A stretch of DNA of 61,576 nucleotides, filler included, from Sphacelaria rigidula (lineage: Eukaryota), in the NCBI GenBank assembly GCA_964200075.2. It is 5 parts of 5 records of this genome, joined end to end, with 100 filler letters (N's around TTAATTAATTAA, not from the genome) between each part and the next. Parts side by side here need not be neighbours in the genome. Positions count along the whole stretch, not along the records: positions 37,007 to 49,241 come from CAXNAA020003973.1; positions 49,342 to 61,576 come from CAXNAA020003974.1; 3 more parts are not named here. One strand, given 5' to 3'. The position numbers and the translations under genes are program-made. Positions within the stretch are counted from its first letter, which is position 1. Each line of letters starts with the position of its first letter. Below the pieces are notes generated by a model. That model ran no database searches, was not told where the DNA came from, and saw nothing but the letters and a program-made list of their open reading frames with translations. This document shows, piece after piece, positions 40,525-53,203 of this stretch.

Positions 40525-43500
40525 CTGGCCAATGAAGTGTTTCTCCTGACCATCATGGTGCACTCCATCTTCGAGCCAGACGCTGTACACGATTCCCGAG
40601 TCGAGCTGCTCGAAACCCAGCTCTCTTTCTAGGTCCCACTGCCTGTCGGTTAGCGTGCGGTTCGGATCGACTACCTGGGAAAGACGAAATAATAGGTGGC
40701 GGAGGTGGCGGAAGTGGGTGCTTGCAGTATTTCCTATTGGTCAACTGGACTACAAAGGAGCACTTGTTTGGTTGGTCGCCAGACAACGAGGATATCGCGG
40801 ACACCGCTAGGCGTCGGCAAGCACAAACATGATACAAAGCTTTTAAAAACAAAAGAGAGTGGAGAACCCGTGAGGGGGAAGGTATCTTTCTTCCCGGATG
40901 ATAACATGAGGTGACGAATGCTGACGAATTCAACGGACGAACAAACCTGAGGTGATGACTTTTGCATGACAAAAGTATCATGTCAAGACCACCCCACAAC
41001 AATATGTTGAGTATTTTCTTACGTGAAGAACTAGATCGTCGGGGAGATGATAGTACAGCAGGGTGTCGCGCGCGTGAAACGGCGAGGAACGGTTTTGGAT
41101 ATAAGACATATCACACGTCGGACACGTCATGAGATACATGTATATTGCTTCTCATTAGGCCGCCGCGCCCCCGTGGTCAAATGGTCCGACTGTCACCGTT
41201 AGCGTGGAAACAACGTGGGTGCGATTCCCCATGCATTCGGTGTGTTCCCAGGAATACATGATTTTCACCGTCGAACGGGTGAGTACATGAGCAAACAAAA
41301 ACCAGGTCACTGATTTTGTTCGTCGAAAGTTGATGCGGTGCGGGAGTGCTGATGGCCATGATCCAATCCACGAGACGAAAATGGAAGACGTGTGTGTACT
41401 GGGGGAGAGGTAGGTTGATCCCTTGAGACCACGGGCTCGTCCCGAGGAAGGGAAGGAGTTCAGATAGCGAAAAATGCAAACAAAACAAGCAATAGCGCTA
41501 CTCGTGTCGAAACGACCAAAGTAAGAACCATTCACTCACTCCACGATGCGCGGGCGCAAGCACTTGCCTGAAAATATACACCTGTCCAGCTGGGGAAAAC
41601 TCTTGCCCCCGTCAACAAGGGCGATAACGCCTCCATACCCCGCCGATGGACGCCTCCGCACCGGCGAGCACGAGCGCCTTTGGCGGTTGGGTTGCCAATC
41701 CCGCCACCGGTGACGCGCTGGCCACTTCTAGATGCACTCCGACTGCCCCCGGCGCAACAGCACCATGATTGGGCGGCGTCCAGTAGGTACTCTAGAATGC
41801 TGCCCATGGTTGAAGTAATGACGAGCAGGGTGGTATGGAGACCAACGGAGTGTTTTGATGCCGGCGATATCAGACGCGTAATATAATGTTCACGGAAACG
41901 TTGTCCTGTGTCTCTATGGATGAACGCAGGACGACAGCAATAGCAAAAAGAAAGAGAGTGAAACGGTGTTCTCATTCTGATATTCGTCGCTAGTGGTCAG
42001 GTACAAAACCTGTGGGTTGTTAATTGCGCCATATATAAACCGGGAAAATGTCGCCCGAGTCTCGTGAAATGGTCGAACACAGGGTTCCTCGCTCCGACGA
42101 GAACCATGAAAAGTGGTGCAGAGCTTCGGGGGAAAGATGGATTACCACTCGCCGCCGTTTGCGGGACATCGACGACACCCAACGCTGGATAACAGCGGAA
42201 ATTGATCAATGTTTGGACACGCTGAAAGGCGGATAGTTACACACTCCCGTAACCAGCGGCTCTTCTTTTTGTTTTTCAGGTTCGACTCTCTAATAGTCTC
42301 GGCCATTACGTTTATATATGTCGTTGTTTGACCCTTTGTGGAAACAAACCGCGTCTCAGTATGTTTCGTAGTAAATGCAGTAAAACATGAACGTAAACGT
42401 TCCGAAAGGCTTCAAAGCTGGTGCAGACAGTCAAGCGATGAACACGTATAGACAAGACTGCTGGGTATGACTGCTTCCGAGATTTTCGCCACAATTCAAT
42501 TGAGGAACGCTGTAGATTGTAGAGGTACACGAGCAAATGATGCCCACTCGATTGTGAAGTAGTTTCCTTCACGACAAGAAGCGAAAATATGAACTCCTCC
42601 ACATATGAAACCAATTTGTGCCATGGTATTTTTCTCCTATAACGGACGAAGCATTTCCCGTGGAAACCCAGTGTGACAATGCCACGTTCAGTTCGCACAA
42701 CATACGTGCTCCCCTCCTTTGGCCAAAATCTTCCAAGCAACCCACAAAACACGGTGAAACCATTCAAGTGAGCTACGGAACCCCCTGGTTTTCTTCCATA
42801 CATATACATACCCTTGGAAGCTTCGTTAAAATCAGCCACCACGTGGGTCCCAACGTTCCCCCCCGGTCTGCGCACAACTGCTTCGACCATCTGCTCTTGT
42901 ATCTCTGTATATTGTCGCGTACATTGAGTGTTTTGCCTTCCTAGCTATCGCGCGAACCCCTCCCCGCACCTCTGCCTACTGTAGCCTAGGCGGCGCTTGA
43001 TGGCTGTTTTCACCGACCTCTTCAGAAACACACTCTGAAGCTGTTGAGGTGCATGATGCCTTGCATACGATATTCTGTGATCATGTTCTTAATGCAAGAT
43101 CCATGTCATCAATTCGCTCGTGCGACGGAAACTACGCGGCTAATCATTACGGGGAAAACCCTTTTGCTTCCCACATACTTCATTGCGGCAAAAAACGACA
43201 AAATGCTACGCGTCAACATAGCCACAGATTCCCCTAGATAGAAAACCTCTGTTTGCCATGAGCTCCAGTTCTCCCCCTACCCGGCAGTAGGAAATTGTCA
43301 TGACAACGTCAAGATACGAGCAGCTACACGTACAATACCTGTGATTGAAGGCCGCCACGACAACAGGAAGCATGATAAAGATGTACACATCCATGTGCAT
43401 GGAAGGATGGATGAGGGCCAGATGATCTTCTGGTGCAGTCAGCAGGGCTTCGCTGGTCGTGGGTAATACCTGCAGAGATCAAGTCAGGGTGTAGGTAGCA

Positions 43501-46500
43501 AAGGGATGAGGGGGGCGACGCTTTGCCGCTACAAACCATGAAACGAGTGATATTTACAACTTGAGTGCAACTCGTCTAAAAATGTAGTAGTAGTGGTGGG
43601 GGAGTACAGTAGTAGTAGGAGGAGTAGTAGTAGGAGTAGTAGTAGTAGAAGTAGTAGTAGTAGTAGTAGTAGTTGTAGAAGTAGTAGTAGTTGCAGTAGT
43701 AGTGGCAGCAGTGGCAGCAGTGGTAGTAGAGGAGGAGGAGCAGTAGCACCAGCACCATCAGCAGTAGCAGTAGCAGTAGCAGTAGCAGTAGCAGTAACAC
43801 ACCTCGGCTTCCGTGGCCAGTTCATCCGCGGAAACACTTCGAAAATGTGAATAGTACACTTTACCCTTATGTACTGCGAGCGGTGCTTTCAGAAGCGATA
43901 GTGTCATTTTTTCCAACATCTTCCATCATATCCCATGACACTTTATACCAGCAGCCATCAAAGCACGATATTCGAAAAAAAGAGTCGCTGTGTTGTCTCC
44001 GACGATAAACATCATTGAAACTTACACCGATGTCTCGCACTTTCCCGACATCGCCGACCGTGAGAGTGGTAAGGTCGGGTGCAACGGTGCTTCACACTGA
44101 TATTGAACCTTTAGTCGCACGTTGAACCCCTCCCTTCCTCGGGACGAGTCCGTGGTCTCAAGGTATCGATCCATCTCTCCCCCGGTACATGTCTTACATT
44201 TTGGTCTCGCGGATTGGGTCATGACTATCAGCACTCCCGCACCGCGTCAACTCTCGTCAAACACACTCAATCAACATCTACATTGTGTCTACTCACGTAC
44301 TCACGCTTTCGACGGTGGAAATCAGAAACTTGGAAGATAGAGCGCAAAGTGTCAGGAATCGAACCCATGTCTCTCCATGCTAATGATGGAAGTCGGCCCG
44401 TTTCACCACCGGGGCGAGGTGGGATTATTTCAAGCCAGTATCCTGGCATGTAGATGGCGATGGCTACACAACGGAACGTTCTCCTGCACGAGAATAGGTA
44501 CTCTCTTTTGTACTCGAGTAACCTACTGGTCACCATCTAGGAAAAGGTTGAAATACCACTCGGCGGCGAGGTAGGCGTAAACAAGCACGTTGTACAGAAA
44601 CATAAATTCGGTTGGTAAATGATTACCTCGGTTGCCCCTACCGTTCCGTTAGCAAGATGTCATCATCGCTTCTCCAAATACGACAACTCTGGACGAGTAA
44701 AACAGCAGTCACTGTCAATAAAAACTACGAGTTAAGCGCGAGGTGATGAGCTTGAGACAGATGCCCCCTTGCAAACCGGAACCATTGACGGGGCTTTCCC
44801 ACGTGATCGGCGCTACACATGTGTTTTTCACAAACGTGTCCTGGAGCCGGCTCAAGCACGTTCAACTGAGATCACCGATATCTCCAAGGTCCATAGGTAA
44901 AGCAGAGTAATGTTACGAGTAAGCTGAGGAGTTGATACTCGGGAAACTCTGGAATACTTAGTAATTCAGCGTGTCGTCGCTCCAGATACTCTGAAATACT
45001 CAGTTTTTCGGAGATTCAAACAAGCGAGTCGAAAACACCGAGTATTTTCGGGGGGTTACTACTCCGGGTCCCAGAGTGCTCAGTACTTTTGGCGCTCGGT
45101 ATTCAGGGTACTACGGAATATCCAGCATTTTCTCCAGACAACACTTGGACGGCTATTTTGCCGCCGCGTCCCGGTGGTGTAATGGTCCGACTGTCTCTAT
45201 TAGGGTGGCGAGAACAGGGGTTTGGTTCCTGATGCGTTGGGTTTTTTCTTCGTGATGTATGATTTCCATCGTGGAAAGCGTGAGAACGTGAGTAAACAAA
45301 AGTAGTCGACTGGGTTTGTGTGACGTGAGTTGCCACGGTGCGGGAATGCTGATCCAATCCCCGAGCTCAAAATGAAAGGCACGTGCCGGGGGAGAGATGG
45401 GTTGATCACTTGAGATCACGGACTCATCCCGAGGAAGGGGAGAGGTTCAAAGTGTGAGAAGAAAAAAAAAAAATCAAGTACTCGTGTGCTGAGTGCAATG
45501 TTTGATGAGTATACCGAGTACGAAATCGAGTGTTTGGGGGTGAGGGTAACCGGGGTACTCTAGAAAAGGGAGTACTACGAACCCTGGGAGATCCCACAAA
45601 ACCTGCAGAATCTCACTCGATCCTAAGGATATTTGCAGTCTTTCCGAATATTTGGAAATAGCCATGTCATAGCTTTGCCCGTTCGGAGACGGCCGCATGG
45701 TTTCCACCGTATTGCCGCTGGGTTTCAAAGAGAATCACGTGAGAGCTGTGCTCGGTTCATAGATGGCCATGTGATACGATTTGCGGTGGCGCTGGTTGTG
45801 TGCCACCCAGCACTGGCTGAGCGCGTGTTTCTCCTGGCTCCCAGATCCGTTGCTTTGGCGCGATTCGTGACGTTTCGGAGATAGAGAACCTCAGTTTGAG
45901 GGGGGAAGCGGCGGGACTCACAGAATTTCCGAGAATTGGGCATTAGCTAGCAGCGGTTCGTAGAAATCGTGTTCCGGTTAGAGGTTTTTCGATATGTTTC
46001 ATATTTCCAGCAAGCTTACACATGTCCATGGACCCCTTCAAGGAGGATGTTCAGATGAAAACAAAACGTATACCACTCGTATCAATGGCGCTCACGTGGA
46101 ACCGGTGCACGGGGCAAACATGGTTATCTGGAACCTATGCCCAGGTCAACACAGAGTAAAAAAAACGGACAAAGTACACTCACGGGAGAGTTTTGCCCAG
46201 TGCGAAATGTGGCCATTGAAAATGAATATTTATATTTAGCTTGCCGATCGTACGAGGAGCCTTGATCATTTTCAGGCAAAAACTCGAGCTCCGTTTACTA
46301 ACAGAACTCACAGAGTGGGCATGTTTACCACAAACCCAGTCAGCGAAAAAAGCCCGATGCCTCCCGACTGGCACCGACACCATGGTCTTCAAAGTGGAGT
46401 ATGACAACGTCGGCATCAAGCTTCTGAGGGGAAACGTCCTCGGTTGTCGCTGTACCTCGGTGGTTCCGTACGCGAGCACCGAAATCACGAAATGTAACAC

Positions 46501-46588
46501 CAACGCGAACGGTAGCCACCCCACGAAATCTTCCGACAGCTCCTGATCGTACATGGCAGGTTTGCGGTAGTATCGCAGAAGCAGGAAC
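40525..46588 (-). CDS. TMC/OSCA-like multi-pass membrane protein, C-terminal exons (partial model)
   Basis: Phase-matched exons: 46456-46588 ((K)FLLLRYYRKPAMYDQELSEDFVGWLPFALVLHFVISVLAYG), 43339-43469, 41568-41913, 40525-40674. The first matches the DKxLLLRxYxKPxxYD...LPxAxxxH pattern I recall from protist TMC-like channels. Further exons are possible at 40138-40166 and ~38325-38394. Confidence 0.65.
41159..41475 (+). mobile_element. tRNA-derived SINE family A, full length
   Basis: tggtcaaatggtccgact (A-box-like), gggtgcgattcccc (B-box-like), 3' core gttgatcccttgagaccacgggctcgtcccgaggaaggg. Confidence 0.8.
43583..43797. repeat. Compound (GTA/GCA/GGA)n microsatellite, intronic
   Basis: gtagtagta...gcagtagcagta runs. 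Confidence 0.92.
44110..44416 (-). mobile_element. tRNA-derived SINE family A, reverse orientation
   Basis: Reverse complement reads gccccggtggtgaaacgggccgactt...gggttcgattcc...cttgagaccacggactcgtcccgaggaaggg. Confidence 0.8.
45160..45473 (+). mobile_element. tRNA-derived SINE family A, full length with poly-A, nested in a gagtac-rich element
   Basis: gccgccgcgtcccggtggtgtaatggtccgact (A-box TGGTGTAATGG), gggtttggttcc (B-box-like), 3' core and A-tail at 45462-45473. Confidence 0.82.
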
Positions 46589-48979
46589 CTGCGGCCACGG
46601 TGTGAGTAGACAGGCGGGAGGAGTAGGGGTCGGATTTGTAGGCCAAGGGTTACGGCTGGGGCTGGGACTACCGTCAAGGTCATGTGATGTTATGGTTTCG
46701 GATACTGTCGGCGGGGGAAGACCGCGCATTGGCAATGCTGCGGTGAACGCATCAAGGAGGTTCTGAGCAGCTCCTGATATCGTACACCGATGGTTTATGG
46801 TGATAGACGAGGGGGTCCCTATTTGCCTTGATATCGTACATCGACAGTTCCTTTTTCCGAGAAAATAAATACTCGGGTTCAGATTCCCCACATATTCTTG
46901 TGCGCATCACAACTCTTTACCAAGGTAGTGCCCTCATCGCTGTTTCTGTCCCGTCGACGGTATTCTATACATCACCTCGGAATCGTTTTCCCCGGAAAGT
47001 CAATCGTTAGGGCTTCATTTTCTGTGGATTCTTGTTCACGTTGACGCTTCGACTGTCGGGGTGGGACATCTACTGATTTGCTGTCACATTCGATGGAAGC
47101 ACTCATGTGAGACCCAGGTATGCCACTACTACGATCAAAAGCTTGCACCCCTTCACGAAGAAATCAAGTATCCACTTGTTTTCGGAGGAGAGTGACGTGT
47201 GTGTTCCTACGGAGAGTGTCTTGTGCCCCTCAGAGATTGACGTGTGCCCATTCATGTATTGTTGCTTGGGGTTGAGTCGGCTGCGTTTGTGGGGGTCTTC
47301 AGGGGATCAGAAAACCTTTTTCGAGGGCGGGGTTTGCGTCCTTTTCAGGTGCTGTGCACATCGCTCCGCAATCCCTCTTTGTGAGAACGTCACTCGTCGG
47401 TTTCTTCTTGTGCACATTCCTGCTCTGCAATGAGCGAGCGCTTGAATAGCTTTGGGTAATTTTCTCTTCTACTGGCTAAAGCCGTTTCTTGTAGATGTCA
47501 ATGAAACTCGCGCTGGAAAAATGTCCGTTCTAGGTATTTAGCGCAGGCTCCTGGCCGAGGTGGGGGCTTCACGGTGGTTTGTACAACCGCGGGAAGACTT
47601 CATGCACTCCCCGAGAGGATTTCAGTGCACTTTTCCGATCTTTCGCACAGCTTGTCTGACCTATGCCAGGTCAGCGAATCCGTGTTCCTGTAAGGTTTCT
47701 ACGCGTGTTGCGGAAGAACGCCAGGTCTTCCGCATTTATATGAGAAGGGGTTCGCTGGAACAGATGTCGAAGTGAGCTTTGGAAAGCTAGTGAAAGCGCA
47801 CTATAATCCCCTCGGAGAGCACAACGAGATATCCCAAGGTGGCACCATCCGTCGAGCTCCATTTGCGGTAAAAAAACGTTGCCGACCTGCTCGAATAGCC
47901 AATCCTCAGAGAGACGTTCCTTTCATATGCCCAACGACCACTCCAATTCGTGAAACGTACGCACGAAAGGGCCATCCCACCACGAAATCACAACCCCCTC
48001 ATCTTCAATCGGCGTCTCTTTGATAACCCGCAAATGAATTCACTGCGTTCGCTCAAAACGCTCTCGTCGAACGTCGCGGCACCCCCAGCCGCTGTCAGCA
48101 TTTTGTGCTCATGTTACCGCTCCCGATCTCACCAACTCATGGCTGAGCCATCCCAGTAAATTAGCCTTACTTGGACTGAATTCAGCTTCATGGCAGCCTG
48201 TGAAACGTTTTTGTCCTTGACTGCGTATTTCGCAGTGTACACAAGGGGTGGCAGACTGCGTCATTGTGATGAATCAAGGTGGGATACCGCAAATCATGAC
48301 TTTCACACGTTGAGGACACGTATTTCTCCGCGCGATGAATCTATAGCGACAACAGGACACCGTTTTACCCTTCGTTCACCGATTGGTCTAACTGGCTTGG
48401 CTGATTGTCGAATATTGACTGCATCGGTAAGAATCCAGCCGTGATCAATTGGTGTACCTAAGAGAACGCGTGGAAACACTCGCTGAAGAGAACCGGAGAG
48501 AAGGGTACAGGTGTAAAAGCAAGAAATAGCGCGATATGTTCTCGAAATCTAACCGAGAATCAGCGTGCCCGAGTCCCTCACCAACATACGCCGTACCTTG
48601 CCGAGAGGTTGGCAGACGCACAATAGATGAGCACGAATAATGATGTCGGAGGGTGTAGGTGACCCAGACCAAAACGTGGAACGTGCTTGCGTTCAGGGTG
48701 ATTTGAGTGATTGATTGGTTGCCCGTTTGATTAGTGGATTGTCACATATCAAACAGTCCTCGTGGGTCCAGCCGTGGGCGTAAGATGAACGCACCCAAGG
48801 TAATGAAAACGAAAGCACTCGCCGAAGGAAACTCTAAAAAAGGAAGGGGACACAGAATGTAAAAGCGACTAAGGAGATTATATATTTAAATCAACAAAAA
48901 TGAGAGATAAACAAGGCAAGGGAAACAAAAAACTGCCGTAGTGGTGCAGGAGTGCAACACCCCTTTCCCCCCGCCCGGT

Positions 48980-49230
48980 TTAGCCTGGTCTAGCGAGAAC
49001 CCGGCGTGCCCCGCCCCGGCTTTGTGCGGGCGAACCCCTGATGGGGGTGGCGTCGGTTGGCGATGACGCTACGAAACACTCCACTCACTGCATAAGCTAG
49101 GCAACCAGGTTACCGCTTTTGTTTTGCGCGCTTGCGTTTTTTCTTGCGGTACACATGATGGTGGTCGAGCTAGATCATGTTGTGCGGAGTGGGAGAACCT
49201 CAACTCCGCACAATAGGGATAGTCCTACCA
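48980..49230 (+). mobile_element. Dispersed repeat related to SINE-like family B
   Basis: About 250 bp collinear with 59480-59710. Confidence 0.7.
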
Positions 49231-49241
49231 CGTAGTGTTTA

Positions 49242-49341
49242 NNNNNNNNNNNNNNNNNNNNNNNNNNNNNNNNNNNNNNNNNNNNTTAATTAATTAANNN
49301 NNNNNNNNNNNNNNNNNNNNNNNNNNNNNNNNNNNNNNNNN
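49242..49341. other. Artificial contig linker
   Basis: N44-TTAATTAATTAA-N44. Confidence 0.97.
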
Positions 49342-51484
49342 AAAAGCACCATCCTCAACATAGATGATCGGCTGTTTAAAGGGGCTCCCAACAATTCTAA
49401 TCTCAGAGACTATTTCTGTACCCCTGCCGTAGCATCACTCCTGGCTACATTGCCATTCCGTAAGAGGTCATGACTTCTCGCACCACCGTTATGGGTGGCA
49501 TGTTGGGAAATCATCACGATGCGGCCTTGTCTGTTGTTTGAAAGAGCTGCTTGCTGTTGTACTGTACTGCTGTACAACCAACTGATTGTCCGCTATCGCT
49601 GCAGTTCACCGTACCGCCATTTACTGTTGTACTGTAGGATTCTGCATTGTACTCTCTCTACTGCACTGGCTGTACTCTACAGTATACAGCACTACAGTAC
49701 CCTGTGGTGCGCCGTGGTGGATTGAGGTACTACAGGTGCAATGAAGCGTATTGTACGGTGCGTATGGTGCAGCAGGGTATGGTACAGTCACGCTGTGTCG
49801 ACCTGCGCATTTTCGAACTCAACTCTGGTAGACAGCACATTTGGCGACACAACCTGCGGTAAATCACTGCGAAGAAAAAAACTCCTCGTCAAGCCAAGCA
49901 ACATCAGCTTCCGCCATGAACGTTTTAGCGTCCACTTAAGGGTGCTCCCAAAAACAAAGCAGGCCCTATGCCCCAATTTTGAATCCTGGAGTTTTTCGCG
50001 GGAGGAGGGGGAGGGGGGGTGTGAATCTTATACAAAAATAATGCAAGATTAATGAAAAATGTAAAGATAACATAAAGGTAAAATAAAAATAAAAACTCGT
50101 GTACATCAAGCTTTAATCCTTTGCATTTCTTCGGAGCCAAATAACGCCGAGTTATATTTATGGGTTTCGGCAATACATTGCACATCACACTTCCACGAAC
50201 GCAGAACAAGACCAGACACATACCACAATGCTTTGCAATGCTTGCGCAATCAAGGTAAACGCATGTCTGCACCGCCAATTCGCGTCCAATGTGCGTCGCA
50301 TCTCATTGTGGAAGATAGCGACAACAATCATATATATGGGGTCTCGGAGTTGTTTTTGGGCACCCATGATCCACTCTAAAGTTTCAGCGCTTCCACTCTG
50401 CACTCTGACTCTCTGATGAGAAAAAATATCTTCCGAGACTCTTTATTTATCTACATCCACTGTTGTTGCTGATAAACTTATCATTACAGATTGTGCTGAT
50501 CTTGTCGTTTGCTTGCCTTCGCCGGCAAAATCAAGGACAGGGTTATGCTATATGCCCGTGTATGGCGTTCATAACTGTGAGAACCATGTCTCTCGCGACC
50601 TCTCTGTGACACGGGGGGGCAGTCAGATAGGCTTGTGCGTGATCGACCGGCTCTCGGGATGCTGCTGCAACAGACACTGGTAAAACTGGCGACTGTAGAA
50701 GGCCCCGTGCATTGATTGCAGCATGCTTGCTTCCCGTCAGTTGTATGCGCAGATACACCCAATTAAAGCACCGGCTACAGACTTTGTAGATGGTGTGGTG
50801 GCGTACATTCGTAGCACAAAACGTCTAAGAATATGGATACTGCCAACCCGCGGTGCTTTTTACTCTACGACATAGCCCAGGTTGAACCTCGGTCAACAGC
50901 TGTTGACGTGGCGGGGCTCATAGCCTTTTGGAATATATATGGCTATCGTGGATTGTGTTGAGAATACACAACGTTCAACTGTCAACCTGATGGAAACAAT
51001 TGGTTCAACTGGTGAACTCAGCTCTGACACGAAAGCTCGCAAAGGCTGCACAGTGTTGGTTGAACACTGTGCACAGGGGAAAATATGTTGAATCCTGCCG
51101 CTTCATCCGGGCGTTACTCAGATCAAACACAGTCTCTACTCCATAATATACTGATACCAAGCTGGTAGGCTTCCCTGAGGTGGGTCGCTCTGGGGAGTGA
51201 ACAGCGTGGGGCTATTTCACCCTGTCGACAAAACTATTGGATACTATAGAACTGTTTATCCAAACTGTTGATACCTCATACTCTTCGTACTCAACTCTTC
51301 AGTACTATGACAATATTCTGACTCTCTTCACACGAGCTATACAGTTCATGAGGTACTCATCATTCCACGACGAATATCCTAATTATTTGGTTAGAGCTAC
51401 GATGCCTATTCTAACGATCAACCGTAACTAGTTTCACTGCTATTCTCGAGTTCTGTATGCATATTCCACAGGCACCGTAGGCAA

Positions 51485-51800
51485 GGTAGGTACCCGGTAC
51501 CGGTATTTGGGACATCTTATTCCCTACCGATACCGACCCAATCCAGTATTTTTAAGTGTCATACCTACGATACCACGGTATTTCGAGATTTGAATACCTA
51601 CCGTACCCGCCCAATCCAGTATTTTCAAATGCCATACCTGCGATACCTACGATACCAGGGTATTTCGTGATTTCAATACCTATCGTACCCGCCCAATCCG
51701 GTGTTTTCAAAACTCATACCTACGATATCTACGCATACCACGGTATGGGATACCCTGGTAAATACCGGGGGTACGCTCGGTACGGTACCTCACCTACGGT
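51485..51800. repeat. tacc/ggta-rich repeat element (MITE-like)
   Basis: Three atacctac...ccaatccagtatttt-type units, with ggtaggtacc at the left and ggtacctcacct at the right end. Confidence 0.55.
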
Positions 51801-52663
51801 GCCTGTTGTATTTTCGGAACTTTTACTTATCAAATTACAAGTCACTAGCAAGATTCCTGGTAACTTTCGCATGCTTGCGAGCGCCACGGCGTGCGCCAAG
51901 AACAGCTCTGCGGAGTGCTGCGCTGCGGTCCGAAACGGTCGGTTCAAGGAGTAATCACGGCACCAGGGCCACCCCGCCCCCCTCAAGTGAGGGGTCGAGA
52001 ATGAGGAAATAATCACATCAGCTGTGCAATAATCTTCTTCCCGTTTCTTAACAAATATACGGAAATGAACGATCAATCGCATCACCTAGGGTCGTTCTCG
52101 ACATGAGCAGCCCAAACCCGAGAAGGTTTGGTGGGTCACTCGTTCTTGTGGCCGTAGGGGAGCAAATTTGCCGGCTGGATAATGAGTATCGAGTGCGCTA
52201 GCTTCGGCAAGACCGGCGATCACAAACTTGGTACTTCCACCAAGCTACTGCAGTGGTACGGCCGCCATGCTGAGGAGAGCGGTGTACGACGAGTAGTTCT
52301 GTGCCTCTACCGGATGATATGTAATACGAAGTTCCCCTTCGGGAGGTTGGTACGGGCCTCCCGGGGGTGACGCAAGTCCAAAGTATAAAATATGCTTCGT
52401 ACGAGTATGCCTCTTCAGTGCGCTGCAAAAGAAAGCGCGGGGAAAAATGCCTTGCTGGCAAAGAAAACGCGGCAAAAGTGGTGGGAACATGTGAAATGAT
52501 ACATGTACATAATACACACGGGTGAATGAAAGGAGAAGAAGCGCGCGAGTCATCGCTTTGTCCGCTTCGATCGAGCAAGTATATATTGCTCCCCGCGAAA
52601 AATAAAGAGACGTGGACAAACAAACACAACTGATGAAGGAGCCTCCAGTTACATAAAACGATG

Positions 52664-52760
52664 TTTTCGTGAGATTGAGAGAAGAGGGTACGGTTGAGAA
52701 GGAAAAGCGGTCAATTAGTGATTTGATCGTTTCAGTTCCGAAATATCCCTCCGCGAGGCC
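52664..52760. mobile_element. Single terminus homologous to the 20563-20845 MITE
   Basis: ttttcgtgagattgagag...gaaaagcggtcaattagtg...cgtttcagtt matches the reverse complement of 20750-20846. Confidence 0.6.
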
Positions 52761-53203
52761 CTCACCGAAGCAGCGGGCTAACTCACAGTTATTAACCTGC
52801 GAAGCACCGGCACAGAAATGATCCTGTGGAGTCAGTGTTGCGCCAATAGCAAAAAACGTTTTTTCGGAACAAAATCTTACCGTTTTGCCCTCTAGTGCGC
52901 ACTGCTGCAGCGCGCAGCACCAGATAAAGCGACTTGGAACTGTTGACTGTGGTCTGCACAGCCTATGAGCGATGTTTCAGCGTCTCGCAGCGGCTGCAGC
53001 GCGCTCAGGGCCGTGCGCCCTGAAGTGTGCAGCTCAACAGTGTGCCGATCGGTGCACTACAGATGGTCATGATCCAGAAAGGACCGCAGTACAGACCGGT
53101 GCCAGTTTGCTACCGCGTCGGCCGTCCAGTCGCTCAACATCCTAAGTTTATGCCTCTGCGCATGCATATATGCATTTGCCTGTAGTGCGACACTGGTTTA
53201 GAT

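Noticed and set aside
43529..43850. Poly-Leu, poly-Ser and poly-Tyr ORFs
   Set aside because: Translations of an intronic trinucleotide microsatellite.
53054..53188. CACTA-type mini element (gcactacag...ctgtagtgc)
   Set aside because: Only a 9-bp inverted match with no clear 3-bp target duplication; could be chance.
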